64,000 nt of DNA from an uncultured Verrucomicrobiae bacterium (GTDB taxonomy: Bacteria > Verrucomicrobiota > Verrucomicrobiia > Chthoniobacterales > JAFAMB01): positions 480,001 through 544,000 of the forward strand of contig CAWIPH010000002.1 in assembly GCA_963837955.1 (NCBI GenBank), read 5' to 3'. Positions 1-9,419 of this stretch are shown here, piece by piece (the first letter of the stretch is position 1; every line of letters begins with the position of its first letter). The translations under genes and the position numbers were made by a program. The notes beneath the pieces were generated by a model that was not told the DNA's origin, did no database searches, and saw only the letters and a list, made by a program, of their open reading frames with translations.

Positions 1-393
1 GTCAGAGACAACACGTGGTGGATTGTCGCGCCCGCGCCGCAGCAGTCGATCTAGCCAAGTACGTCTCTTTCGAGCGTCGACGCTCTTGTAGCCGCGACTC
101 AAGATAGCAACCCTTCGCCCGCCTTTTTGTAGCGCCCGCGCAAATTTTTCAACGATTGGAGTCTTTCCCGTTCCTCCTACCGTCAGATTGCCGATGCTGA
201 TCACCAGACAACCAAGTTGGTGTTCTTTGAGGACGCGACTCCGGTAAAGGTAGAGACGAAGCTGGACGAGGATCAGGTAGATCGAGGAGAGGAGCCGCAA
301 CAGCAATCTGAGCAAGGTCGGCCGGAAGCCATGCCGGCGATCGAGAATGACCTCGATCGCATACTGTTCCAGTTCATCGAGCCACTCCCGCAT
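1..393 (-). CDS. lpxK: Tetraacyldisaccharide 4'-kinase, 5' part only (runs off the window)
   Basis: Manual minus-strand translation from ATG at 393: [17 protein letters not shown]...[16 protein letters not shown]...VAILSRGYK, which carries the LpxK P-loop and LSRGY motifs. Confidence 0.92.
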   Translation of the reverse strand, partial: MREWLDELEQYAIEVILDRRHGFRPTLLRLLLRLLSSIYLILVQLRLYLYRSRVLKEHQLGCLVISIGNLTVGGTGKTPIVEKFARALQKGGRRVAILSRGYKSVDARKRRTWLDRLLRRGRDNPPRVVSD

Positions 394-398
394 AATCG

Positions 399-1247
399 TC
401 AGGAAATTTGCGCTCCGCTGTTATCTGCGCTGACTATCATCGTCGTCGACCGAATCTTGGGGGCAGCCGTAGACATCGCCTCAGCCACTTTGCTGGCGTT
501 TCTGGAGGTGACGCAAGCGATGGTCGAACCAGATCCGCTCAAAAAACCGCCATAAGCTCCGGCTTCACGGCCAGCTTCCAGAACAGCGTTTAAGAAAGGG
601 ACAAATCGCTCCCGGTACGGCTGATGGAGCTGATCAGCGAACGCGTTTCGTAGCATCTCATATTGCCGCGAAGCGAATGCCGCAGAAATTTGGCTGCTAT
701 TCGCGAGATTAGAAACCACCGAAGAGCGCGAGTAGGTATCCGGTAGGACGGCTCGCGCATCGCTTGTGCGCACCTCGAAATCCGGAATAAGCAGAACGAA
801 AGTCACCGTTGAATCGACGTCGAAACGATGGATTTGGTTGCCGGATTTGTTCACGACAACAAATCCACCGTAAAGTGCCGCAGCCGCATTATCCGGATGT
901 CCCTCCAATTCAGCGCAAAGTTGAAAGATCTGATCGCGATTCAGCGGTGATCCCGCCAGGACGTTCAACCCGAGTAGCACCCCCAGTCTGACCGTGACGC
1001 TGCTTCCGAGTCCACGCGCAGAAGGCACATCGCCCGAGATCTTGGATCTGAACGCAAAGGCATCTAATTGAGCTGCGCTAAAAAAAACCTTTGCCGCCTC
1101 ACGGACGATTGGTGGATGAACACTCGGGTCCAAATCACTCTCGTGCTCAACATAAATCCAGTTGTGTAACTGGAGAGCCGCCCCCAAGCAATCGAACCCC
1201 GGACCAAAATTCGTGGTGGATGCTGGTATCTGAATCGTTACACCCAT
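399..1247 (-). CDS. thrB: Homoserine kinase
   Basis: PASTTNFGPGFD, GHMP motif PSARGLGSS, EGHPDN, LSGSG. Confidence 0.95.
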   Translation of the reverse strand: MGVTIQIPASTTNFGPGFDCLGAALQLHNWIYVEHESDLDPSVHPPIVREAAKVFFSAAQLDAFAFRSKISGDVPSARGLGSSVTVRLGVLLGLNVLAGSPLNRDQIFQLCAELEGHPDNAAAALYGGFVVVNKSGNQIHRFDVDSTVTFVLLIPDFEVRTSDARAVLPDTYSRSSVVSNLANSSQISAAFASRQYEMLRNAFADQLHQPYRERFVPFLNAVLEAGREAGAYGGFLSGSGSTIACVTSRNASKVAEAMSTAAPKIRSTTMIVSADNSGAQIS

Positions 1248-1447
1248 AAAGGCGAACCTCGAAGCTGAACCAGGGCGAGCCGTGGATCAACTGGGAATTC
1301 TGGGTGATTTTAGGCCAATATACTAACCAAGACCTCCGAAACTAAAACCGGGTATAGATTCTCGCGATACCGAGCGCCGGCGGAGGGATCCCGGCTTTCC
1401 GTTGACTTTCGGCCCGCATCGTTATTCTTCTTGGCCGATAACAGAAT

Positions 1448-2224
1448 ATGGAAGCTAGCCCGAATCTCGACAAACCGCTCCGCACTTCAGATCGAACGGG
1501 AGAGGGGCTTCGGGAATGGCGAGTATCTGCCGGTATCGCTCCAAACGCCGATGGGTCGATCCTAATCGCAACTGGCAAAACCCAGGTTATCTGCGCTGTT
1601 TCGATCGAGAACGCGGTGCCGCGCTGGATGAAGGATCAGCATGTTTCTGGCGGCTGGATTACCGCAGAGTATTCGATGCTGCCCTATAGCACGTTGACCC
1701 GACGTCCCCGAGACGTTAGCAAAGGCAAACTCGATGGGCGCAGCGTCGAGATTCAACGGCTGATTGGTCGGGCGTTAAGGGCATCAATTGATCTGGAGCG
1801 CCTCGGAGAGCGAACGCTCTGGGTTGATTGCGACGTTTTGCAGGCTGACGGTGGCACGCGTACCGCTGCGATCACGGGAGCCTCCATGGCGCTGACTCTC
1901 GCCTGCGCGAAGCTGATCGAAAGCAAAACATTGAATGAATGGCCCATTCGCTGCTTAATCGGGGCCGTGAGCGCAGGAGTCGTAGATGGGCACGTCCTGG
2001 TCGATTTGGACTATGAAGAGGACCGGCGCGCGTCGGTCGATCTCAATTTGGTGATGAATAGTCGTGGAGAGTTCATCGAGATCCAGGGAGCTGGTGAGGA
2101 AGCGACGTTTTCAGGTAACGATCTTTCGGAGATGCTTAGGTTCACCACATCGGCAATTTCCGAGATCATCAATCGGCAGCGGGCATTTCTGCAAAAAACG
2201 ATCCCGAACTTACCGGAGTTGTGA
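1448..2224 (+). CDS. rph: Ribonuclease PH
   Basis: GWITAEYSMLP, RSVEIQRLIGRALR, DVLQADGGTRTAAITG. Confidence 0.97.
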   Translation: MEASPNLDKPLRTSDRTGEGLREWRVSAGIAPNADGSILIATGKTQVICAVSIENAVPRWMKDQHVSGGWITAEYSMLPYSTLTRRPRDVSKGKLDGRSVEIQRLIGRALRASIDLERLGERTLWVDCDVLQADGGTRTAAITGASMALTLACAKLIESKTLNEWPIRCLIGAVSAGVVDGHVLVDLDYEEDRRASVDLNLVMNSRGEFIEIQGAGEEATFSGNDLSEMLRFTTSAISEIINRQRAFLQKTIPNLPEL

Positions 2225-2230
2225 ATTTCA

Positions 2231-3268
2231 ATGAAAAGAGCACTAATCACCGGCATTACCGGGCAAGATGGATCTTATTTAGCTGATCTCCTGCTAGCGA
2301 AAGGCTACGAGGTTCACGGAATCATTCGGCGAGCGAGTACATTTAACACTTCGCGAATCGATCACCTATACCAAGATCCCCACGTTCACGGCGTGCGCCT
2401 TTTCCTACACTACGGAGACTTGGCCGATTCCGTGCATTTGGTAAAACTGCTTTACTCCCTGAAGCCGGACGAAATTTATCATCTCGGGGCTCAAAGCCAT
2501 GTCCGCGTCAGTTTTGACATTCCGGAGTACACGGCAGACGTGACCGGTGTGGGAACTATTCGAATCCTGGAGGCAATCCGGGAGGCGGGAGTTAAGACCC
2601 GGTTTTATCAGGCATCGAGTAGCGAAATGTACGGAAAGGTTCAAGCGGTACCGCAGGTCGAGACGACTCCATTTTGGCCGCGCAGTCCTTACGGGGTTGC
2701 TAAGGTCTTTTCCTACTGGGCAACGGTGAACTACCGGGAGAGTTACGCGCTCCACGCCAGCAACGGAATATTGTTCAACCATGAAAGTCCTCGACGAGGT
2801 GAAACCTTCGTGACTCGTAAAATTTCCCGGGCAGTCGCCCGCATTAAACACGGATTAGACTCGGCTCTGTACCTGGGCAATCTCGACGCTCGGCGGGATT
2901 GGGGTTACGCCCCCGAATACGTGGAGGGGATGTGGTTGATGTTGCAACAGGACAAGCCCGATGACTATGTATTGGCCACCAACGAAACTCATACGGTGAG
3001 AGAGTTCGTGGAGCACGCGTTCGCGCACGCAGATCTGGACTGGAAAGAATACGTCAAGCGTGATCAACGCTACGAGCGCCCGGCGGAGGTAGACTTGCTA
3101 ATCGGGGATCCGGCGAAAGCGAAGAAACAGCTCAATTGGGAGCCGAAGGTCCGCTTTGAGGAACTCGTCAAGATGATGGTGGATGCTGATCTGGAGCAGG
3201 TTCGAAGAGGTATCGAAGGGTCTGGAGCCGCGACAAAGCGCCCTGAGTCGGTGATCAGTAATCCGTGA
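2231..3268 (+). CDS. gmd: GDP-mannose 4,6-dehydratase
   Basis: [48 protein letters not shown]. Confidence 0.97.
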   Translation: MKRALITGITGQDGSYLADLLLAKGYEVHGIIRRASTFNTSRIDHLYQDPHVHGVRLFLHYGDLADSVHLVKLLYSLKPDEIYHLGAQSHVRVSFDIPEYTADVTGVGTIRILEAIREAGVKTRFYQASSSEMYGKVQAVPQVETTPFWPRSPYGVAKVFSYWATVNYRESYALHASNGILFNHESPRRGETFVTRKISRAVARIKHGLDSALYLGNLDARRDWGYAPEYVEGMWLMLQQDKPDDYVLATNETHTVREFVEHAFAHADLDWKEYVKRDQRYERPAEVDLLIGDPAKAKKQLNWEPKVRFEELVKMMVDADLEQVRRGIEGSGAATKRPESVISNP

Positions 3269-3370
3269 TTTGTGATCGGTGATTCGCGATCAGTAATCAG
3301 TAATCAGTAATCAGTAATCAGTAATCAGTAATCAGATGATCAGATGATCAGATGATCGCTGATCGGTAAA
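3250..3370. repeat. Heptamer tandem array (ATCAGTA / ATCAGAT / GTGATCG variants)
   Basis: About six perfect ATCAGTA units plus degenerate units; overlaps the gmd stop codon; inverted degenerate units at about 3680-3727. Confidence 0.9.
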
Positions 3371-3442
3371 TACCCGCGCCCAGAGCGCCGACTTGTCCAC
3401 CGAAGCATTCGTTGCATTGACCAATGGTGCGGAAGCTTTGCG

Positions 3443-3675
3443 AAGGCGGTTCAAGCGCCGAAGGCGCGATTCAAGATAGCCTAGAGGGCGAAGCCCATGG
3501 GCGAAGCCCTAGGAAATCGAGTCCCCACAAGCATTCACGCGCTAAAGGTGTGTCTCGACGTAACCCTGATCTTACATTGTCGCGCTCTTTCGGCGCTGAC
3601 CTTTTCTGATGATCTCATTCCTAAGGCTACGCTAGGGGCTATCTTGAATCGCGCCTTCGGCGCTTGAACCGCCTT
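3443..3675. repeat. REPIN/MITE-like element with 39-bp perfect terminal inverted repeats
   Basis: AAGGCGGTTCAAGCGCCGAAGGCGCGATTCAAGATAGCC at 3443-3481 and its exact reverse complement at 3637-3675. Confidence 0.85.
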
Positions 3676-3723
3676 TATCAGTGGTAATCACCGATCATCT
3701 GCTTACTGATCACTGCTTACTGA

Positions 3724-4692
3724 TCACGAAACCCCCACAGCCAAACACCGCGTCAAGTGCTCTCGCAGCCTATTTTCATCCAGCTGCTTGCCGATGAACA
3801 CCAACTGACTGAACCGAGTTTCACCCTTTTCCCATAGCCGGTCCCAATAGACCGTAAACCGATTGTTCACACCGTGAAAAACGGCTCGGCGCGGTGTGCC
3901 GTGAACCCAGAGAATTCCCTTCGAGCGATAGACCTTGCTATCCTCGCAGACTGCTTGCAGCTCGGTATCGAATTTGTCCAGATCAAACGCCTCATCGAAT
4001 CGAAATGAAAACGATTCGACGTCGCCGTGGTTGCTCCCGTTGAGTTCGTTTAGAAATTCCGGATTCACCAATAGTTTCCGGTCCAGGTCAAAGGTGTTTA
4101 CGTCCAGAACCTCGTCGAGGTTGACTCTCGAATGCGATGTCCGGAACACCCGTGCGTGTGGATTAAGGCTGGCGATTTCGTTTTCAACCTTTTGCAGAGA
4201 AGCCTCATCGACCAGATCTGTTTTGTTGACCAAAAGAAAATCAGCTAGCGCGATCTGTTCTCGCGCGACGTCGTTCTCCTGTAGTTGGTCGAGAAGATTT
4301 TCTGCATCCACCAGAGTGATGATGGAATCGAGTCGTGCATATTGCTGGAGTTGCGGAACGTTGAGAAACGTTTGGGCCACTGGGCCAGGGTCAGCAACGC
4401 CTGTGGTTTCGATCAAAATGTAATCCAAATCCTCTTTTTTTAGGAGCTTCTGGATTCCTTTTACTAAATCTTTCCGGACAGTGCAGCAGATACATCCGTT
4501 GCTCATTTCGACGACGTCTTCGCTCTGAGTCTCGACGAGTTGTCCGTCAATTCCGATTTCGCCGACTTCGTTGATCAATACCCCGAACTTGTATTTCGAT
4601 TGCTCGCGAAGAATGTGGTTGAGAAGAGTCGTTTTGCCGGCCCCGAGAAATCCGGTGAGGACGCTGACTGGAATGATCTTTCGTTGACCCAT
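3724..4692 (-). CDS. CobW/COG0523 family G3E GTPase (metallochaperone)
   Basis: LTGFLGAGKTT, NEVGEIGIDG, GCICC, IETTGVADP, NKTD, C-terminal LVFIG. Confidence 0.93.
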   Translation of the reverse strand: MGQRKIIPVSVLTGFLGAGKTTLLNHILREQSKYKFGVLINEVGEIGIDGQLVETQSEDVVEMSNGCICCTVRKDLVKGIQKLLKKEDLDYILIETTGVADPGPVAQTFLNVPQLQQYARLDSIITLVDAENLLDQLQENDVAREQIALADFLLVNKTDLVDEASLQKVENEIASLNPHARVFRTSHSRVNLDEVLDVNTFDLDRKLLVNPEFLNELNGSNHGDVESFSFRFDEAFDLDKFDTELQAVCEDSKVYRSKGILWVHGTPRRAVFHGVNNRFTVYWDRLWEKGETRFSQLVFIGKQLDENRLREHLTRCLAVGVS

Positions 4693-4750
4693 AAAGAAAA
4701 AAGCGCTCCGGCCCTCGCCGGATCGCCTTCAAAGTAACGAAAATCAGAAG

Positions 4751-5014
4751 CTAGACTAGTCCAGCTTGTTTTAGAGTCCGGTAAACCCCGTTCTTCGCGA
4801 GCGTCTTCAACGCGCGCGCACTCAATTTAACGGTCACGTACCGGTTTAGCTCGGGCACCCAAAGGCGGCGAGTTTTCAAGTTTGGCAGGAAGAGCCGAGG
4901 CGTGTTTGCCGTAACATGTTGGCCGACCCCACCTTTTTTCTTAGCCATACCACGCCGATGAATAACATGGCCTCTGGTCGGCTTGGCTCCAGTGATGCTG
5001 CAGACTCTTGACAT
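4751..5014 (-). CDS. rpmB: 50S ribosomal protein L28 (start reassigned to ATG at 5014)
   Basis: MSRVCSITG...RLFLPNL...VKLSARALKTL. Confidence 0.93.
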   Translation of the reverse strand: MSRVCSITGAKPTRGHVIHRRGMAKKKGGVGQHVTANTPRLFLPNLKTRRLWVPELNRYVTVKLSARALKTLAKNGVYRTLKQAGLV

Positions 5015-5285
5015 AATTTGCCCTTCGAAAAGAGCCGGGAACATGGGACAGGCCAGCGCATTGGTCAAGGGGAAAAGGGTCTAGCCCGACGGTTTCAGAT
5101 TGACCCCGCCGGGAGTTGCCCGACCGATTTTTCAGCCGAGCAACCTCACTTGCCACAATACCTCAGGGTTGGGTGGTAACTAAATTGCTGAAGTCCAGTT
5201 TGGTCTGCGGCGTTATTATCACAGGACTCAGAGGCGTTTGATTTTCGATTTAACAAAACTGTAATCGAAACCTTCAGAACCCCGG

Positions 5286-6515
5286 CTAAAGCGTAGCCAA
5301 CGCGTCGAGCGTTCGATCGACTTCATCGACCGTATGATAATGAGTAAAACCTAAGCGGAGTACTCCGCCCGAGTCGGCGCACCCCAGCCGCTCAATGAGA
5401 TCGACCGCATAAAAATTTCCGCTCCAGGCGAAGATCCCGCGATGAGCTAGCTTCTCGGCGGCTTCATCCGGATGAAGCCCTTCCAGCCGGATTGCGAAAG
5501 TGGGCGTTCGGCGACTGACCTCGGTCCGATTGCTTAGGCCAAAAACCGCTGCTCGCTTTACGTCGTGTAAGCCGTCCAGAAAACGTACTGATAAATGACT
5601 CTCATATTCCCGAATTGCATCCATCGCTCCGCCGATTCCCGAACTCCCGTTCGCCTTATACCCGGTTTCCTGAAGATAATCTAAAGCGCCCAAAGTTCCG
5701 GCGATGCTCTCGAAACTTTGGGTTCCGGTTTCCCATTTGTCTGGAGGCGAGGCGGGTGAAGGGCGAACTTTGTAAGCTTCCAATTCATCCAGCCAACGAT
5801 ATCTCCCCCAAAGTACACCGATATGCGGTCCAAAAAATTTATAGGCTGAACAAACAAGAAAATCACATCCCAGCGCTTGCACGTCGATCCGAGCATGTGG
5901 CGCGAAATGGACTGCATCGACAAACACCTTCGCACCAGACCCTCGGGCCAGCTCAACGACACTAGCGACATCCACATGCGAACCGACCGCATTGGATGCT
6001 AGCGTCACTGCGATCAGGCAAGTCTTCTCGGAAAGCAAGGGACGCAGATCTTCGATTTGCAGGGTACAGTCTTCCACCCGCGGGTTCCATGTTCTCACCG
6101 TGCATCCCCGATCCGCGGCAGCCATTTTCCAAGGAGATATATTGGCGTCATGGTCTAGTGACGTAACAATGATTTCAGAGCCTGGGGCCCAAGTTCTTCC
6201 AAGTGCGCGGCTCAACGCGAATGTCAGACTGGTCATGTTCTGCCCGAAAACAATCTCTTCCGCCCGACCTGCGTGGAAAAACTTGGCGAGTGCAGTTCGG
6301 GTTTGGTGAACCATTTCCGCAGTCTTCTTGCTGGTAACAAATCGTCCGCCCAGGTTGCTATTATTTTTGAGGTAGTAATCGCGGACCGCTCGAGTGACAG
6401 CGTTGGGAACCTGCGTCCCGCCGGGTGCATCTAAAAAGATGGCCGTGCGCCCGCCAACAGAAAGCTGCAATGAAGGGAATTGGCTCCGTACCCAATCAGT
6501 AGGAAAAGCATGCAT
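5286..6515 (-). CDS. Cysteine desulfurase-like protein (class V aminotransferase)
   Basis: FLDAPGGTQVP, LDHDANI, DAVHFAPH, CSAYKFFGPH, ETGT. Confidence 0.9.
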   Translation of the reverse strand: MHAFPTDWVRSQFPSLQLSVGGRTAIFLDAPGGTQVPNAVTRAVRDYYLKNNSNLGGRFVTSKKTAEMVHQTRTALAKFFHAGRAEEIVFGQNMTSLTFALSRALGRTWAPGSEIIVTSLDHDANISPWKMAAADRGCTVRTWNPRVEDCTLQIEDLRPLLSEKTCLIAVTLASNAVGSHVDVASVVELARGSGAKVFVDAVHFAPHARIDVQALGCDFLVCSAYKFFGPHIGVLWGRYRWLDELEAYKVRPSPASPPDKWETGTQSFESIAGTLGALDYLQETGYKANGSSGIGGAMDAIREYESHLSVRFLDGLHDVKRAAVFGLSNRTEVSRRTPTFAIRLEGLHPDEAAEKLAHRGIFAWSGNFYAVDLIERLGCADSGGVLRLGFTHYHTVDEVDRTLDALATL

Positions 6516-6812
6516 TAGCTGATCCTTGGAATATGCCTACTCTGCGATTAGCCTTGTTTTGGGCCAGCGGCGTCGCCAGAGCAAACGAGTGTAGGGATCG
6601 ATCGTTGCTGAGAAAGATTTGGATCTAGATCAGGCGGATCGTCGATCCGAATTGTCAGCCTCGGCTTCCCGGTCCCGGAGTGGAGCCCCCAAGGACCCAA
6701 GAGGACCGTCTACGTAAAGGTTCAGATGATGTCGGATTTTGTCATCCTTAGTCAGATGGAGGGACATGGTGAGAAGGCTAGTCCCGTCGGAAGTTGAAGC
6801 AAGCTGTTTTGA

Positions 6813-6880
6813 CGTAGCCTGATGCTCCGCCTCAGGAGATTGGAGTGCCTTGGATTCCTGAGACGGAGCGTCAGGCTACG
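6813..6880. repeat. GTAG-type REP-like long hairpin
   Basis: CGTAGCCTGATGCTCCGCCTCAGGA ... TCCTGAGACGGAGCGTCAGGCTACG, near-perfect 25-bp arms. Confidence 0.8.
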
Positions 6881-6938
6881 CTTACTCGGCGAAATTGTCT
6901 GATGTTGAATGTCAGGAGTGCGAAGGCCCTTTTGGGGA

Positions 6939-7403
6939 TTATTTTTGCAACGCTTCGGACACAGCGGGAACTAAAGAACGAGGTCCGTCCGCTCCGCCCA
7001 GTTTGCGATCGATATCTTCCAAACGTCGGATGAGATCCAGCACTTCGCGGCGATGATAAGGACCGCCTGCAGCTGCGCAAAAGTGGGTGCGGCAGGCGAA
7101 TGGACGTGCCGAGTAGATCCGGCAGCGCCAATCGCTGGGGCTCAAGAAAGGGCATCGACCGTCCGAATCGGAGGATTCTTCCAGAGTCGTGCGGCCCGTG
7201 GCTCGCCACGCGCGCGCGGCCAAAAGTGCTTCGCCACGGGTGACATACGGAACCTCACCGGTAAGCTTAAATCGGCAACAATTGGTTCTCATTTCACAGG
7301 AACGTTCGATCGGCCGTTCCGCGAGCTCTTGGTAAACCGCTTCCACTTCCCGAAGTAGCGCCGGTTCGTCAGCGGCGGTGGAAAGAGCTTGGCGTCTTTT
7401 CAT
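6939..7403 (-). CDS. YkgJ family cysteine-cluster (zinc/iron-chelating) protein
   Basis: CEMRTNCC...CPFL...CRIYSARPFACRTHFC; likely start MKRRQ at 7403. Confidence 0.85.
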   Translation of the reverse strand: MKRRQALSTAADEPALLREVEAVYQELAERPIERSCEMRTNCCRFKLTGEVPYVTRGEALLAARAWRATGRTTLEESSDSDGRCPFLSPSDWRCRIYSARPFACRTHFCAAAGGPYHRREVLDLIRRLEDIDRKLGGADGPRSLVPAVSEALQK

Positions 7404-7674
7404 TGTTCGATGTTCCAAGATGATACCCGATTTTTGCCAGGAAGTCTCTTCGATCCGAGTTGGCCCATGGCAGCCTAAGACACTAAGTCGCATAAGACTC
7501 ATAAGACCTATGGGTCCCGTGACGCGGAAGCGTTCCCGCGCGAACCGATCCGCCTGCCACGGATTCGACGGCGACGACTCTGGCCGAGCGCGCGCCTGCA
7601 ATCGATTCCTCCAATGCACCACTCATTTTCTTCAATTAACGGTTGAGGCCGAGGAGCCATTAGGATTCGGCACG

Positions 7675-8067
7675 ATGAGTTTGTTACCTTATGACAGCCT
7701 CTACTTAGGCTGGGTCGGGATGGTCTTAGGAATTCTATCTGGGGCTTTCATCGGGCTTTTCTTTCACCAAGAAAATTGGCTGGGCGGATATAACAGTTTT
7801 CCCCGGCGATTGGTCCGCCTTGGACATATTTCTTTCTTTGGACTCGGTATCTTGAGTGTCCTGTTGGGTATAACAGTTCGCCAACTACCATTTGGCGAGG
7901 AAACAACCCAATTGGTCGGTCGCTGTTTTTTTGTTGGCCAGCTCACGATGCCGATTTGCTGTTTCCTCACCGCTTGGCGCTCCTGGATTCGCCATCTCTT
8001 TCCAGTGCCCGTTCTTAGTCTGGGCTCCGCCGTAGTCATTCTTCTTTGGCATTGGCCACACTTATGA
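7675..8067 (+). CDS. Small polytopic membrane protein (about 4 TM), unknown function
   Basis: 130 aa from ATG at 7675, four hydrophobic segments, WLGGY..RRLVRLGH motif; stop codon overlaps the next start (ATGA). Confidence 0.75.
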   Translation: MSLLPYDSLYLGWVGMVLGILSGAFIGLFFHQENWLGGYNSFPRRLVRLGHISFFGLGILSVLLGITVRQLPFGEETTQLVGRCFFVGQLTMPICCFLTAWRSWIRHLFPVPVLSLGSAVVILLWHWPHL

Positions 8068-9419
8068 AAACACTTGGTCTTATCGCGATGAGCGGAGTTC
8101 GGGTTGTTAACCCAGAGCTCATCAATTTAGGTTTAACGCTTCCCGGATTTGTCGACCGCGGAAAGGTGATCGCGTCATTGCCGACTCTCGGCCTGCTCAC
8201 GCTGGCAGGGTTAACACCCGAGTCATGGGACGTTTCTTACCATGACGTTTTCGATATTACCAAACTGGAAAAACTCCCGGGACCCTTCGATCTGGTAGCC
8301 ATCTCCAGTTTGGCAGCTCAGGTGCAAGAAGCCTACGAGCTGGCTGATCGGTACCGGGCTCTAGGTTGTTGTGTCATTCTCGGTGGCTTGCACGTGTCTG
8401 CTCAGCCACAGGAAGCGCTGCAGCACGCAGATGCAATTGTGATCGGAGAAGCCGAGCCGGTCTGGACGAAATTACTCGCGGATCTGCAGTCTGGTCAGTT
8501 GCAACGCGTCTACCAAAATAAAGAAGGGCAATTTAACTTGGCGAATTCGCCAATGCCCAGGTTTGATCTCCTAAATCCTGCCCACTACAACAGAATCACG
8601 GTTCAAACTCAGCGCGGATGTCCGTTCAAATGTGAGTTTTGTGCCGCCTCGATTCGAATTGCACCGCGTTACCGAATAAAGCCTACTGATCGTGTCGTAG
8701 CGGAAATTCACGAAATCAAAAAGATTTGGCGGCATCCTTTTATCGAGTTGGCTGATGACAACTCGTTTGCCAATCGCGCCCGAAGCAAGAGCCTGGTGCG
8801 AGCGTTGGCAGCGGAAAACATTCACTGGTTTACCGAGACCGATATTTCGGTTGCTGACGATCCTGAGCTGCTGCGGCTTCTCCGCGAGAGTGGTTGCTCG
8901 CAAATCTTAATCGGGCTCGAAAGCCCGGTGATCGCTGGAATGAACGGAGTGGAGCAGAAGGCCAATTGGAAGGCTCGACAAGTCAACGGCTACAAGGAAG
9001 CGATCCGCCGAATCCAGGATCAAGGAGTCACGGTCAATGGTTGTTTTATTCTCGGGTTAGATGGCTCCGGGCCGGAGACGTTTGAAGCGGTCTGGAACTT
9101 TATCCAGGAAGTCGAATTATTCGAAGTGCAGCTTACAGTCCTGACCCCATTTGCGGGAACTCCGCTCTACCAACGCTTGGAGCGGGACGGACGTTTACTT
9201 TACCCGGGACAATGGAATCGCTGCACCCTCTTTGACGTAAACTTTCGCCCTGATCGGATGTCAGTGGAAACGTTGGAAGCCGGACTGCGCGAACTGATGG
9301 GTAGGGTTTACAATAAGGAATTTACTGAGTGGCGACGAAACCGGTTTTTTCATCGACTCCGCCAAAGCCGTAAACGCCAGCGTCTTGACATGTCTTTACA
9401 GCAACCTAAGGCTGCGTGA
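8064..9419 (+). CDS. Cobalamin-binding radical SAM protein
   Basis: N-terminal B12-binding domain (LPTLGLLTLAG, VILGGLH, IGEAE); RGCPFKCEFC CxxxCxxC motif; IGLES, FILG, LTPFAGTPLY. Confidence 0.92.
   Translation: MKTLGLIAMSGVRVVNPELINLGLTLPGFVDRGKVIASLPTLGLLTLAGLTPESWDVSYHDVFDITKLEKLPGPFDLVAISSLAAQVQEAYELADRYRALGCCVILGGLHVSAQPQEALQHADAIVIGEAEPVWTKLLADLQSGQLQRVYQNKEGQFNLANSPMPRFDLLNPAHYNRITVQTQRGCPFKCEFCAASIRIAPRYRIKPTDRVVAEIHEIKKIWRHPFIELADDNSFANRARSKSLVRALAAENIHWFTETDISVADDPELLRLLRESGCSQILIGLESPVIAGMNGVEQKANWKARQVNGYKEAIRRIQDQGVTVNGCFILGLDGSGPETFEAVWNFIQEVELFEVQLTVLTPFAGTPLYQRLERDGRLLYPGQWNRCTLFDVNFRPDRMSVETLEAGLRELMGRVYNKEFTEWRRNRFFHRLRQSRKRQRLDMSLQQPKAA

Noticed and set aside
6630..6767. 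45-aa minus-strand ORF (MSLHLTKDDKIRHHL...)
   Set aside because: Short, with no recognisable motif; cannot be supported without homologs
7378..7674. N-terminal extensions of ORFs 7378-8067 and 6939-7622
   Set aside because: They overlap each other across an intergenic repeat region; downstream ATGs (7675 and 7403) give coherent proteins
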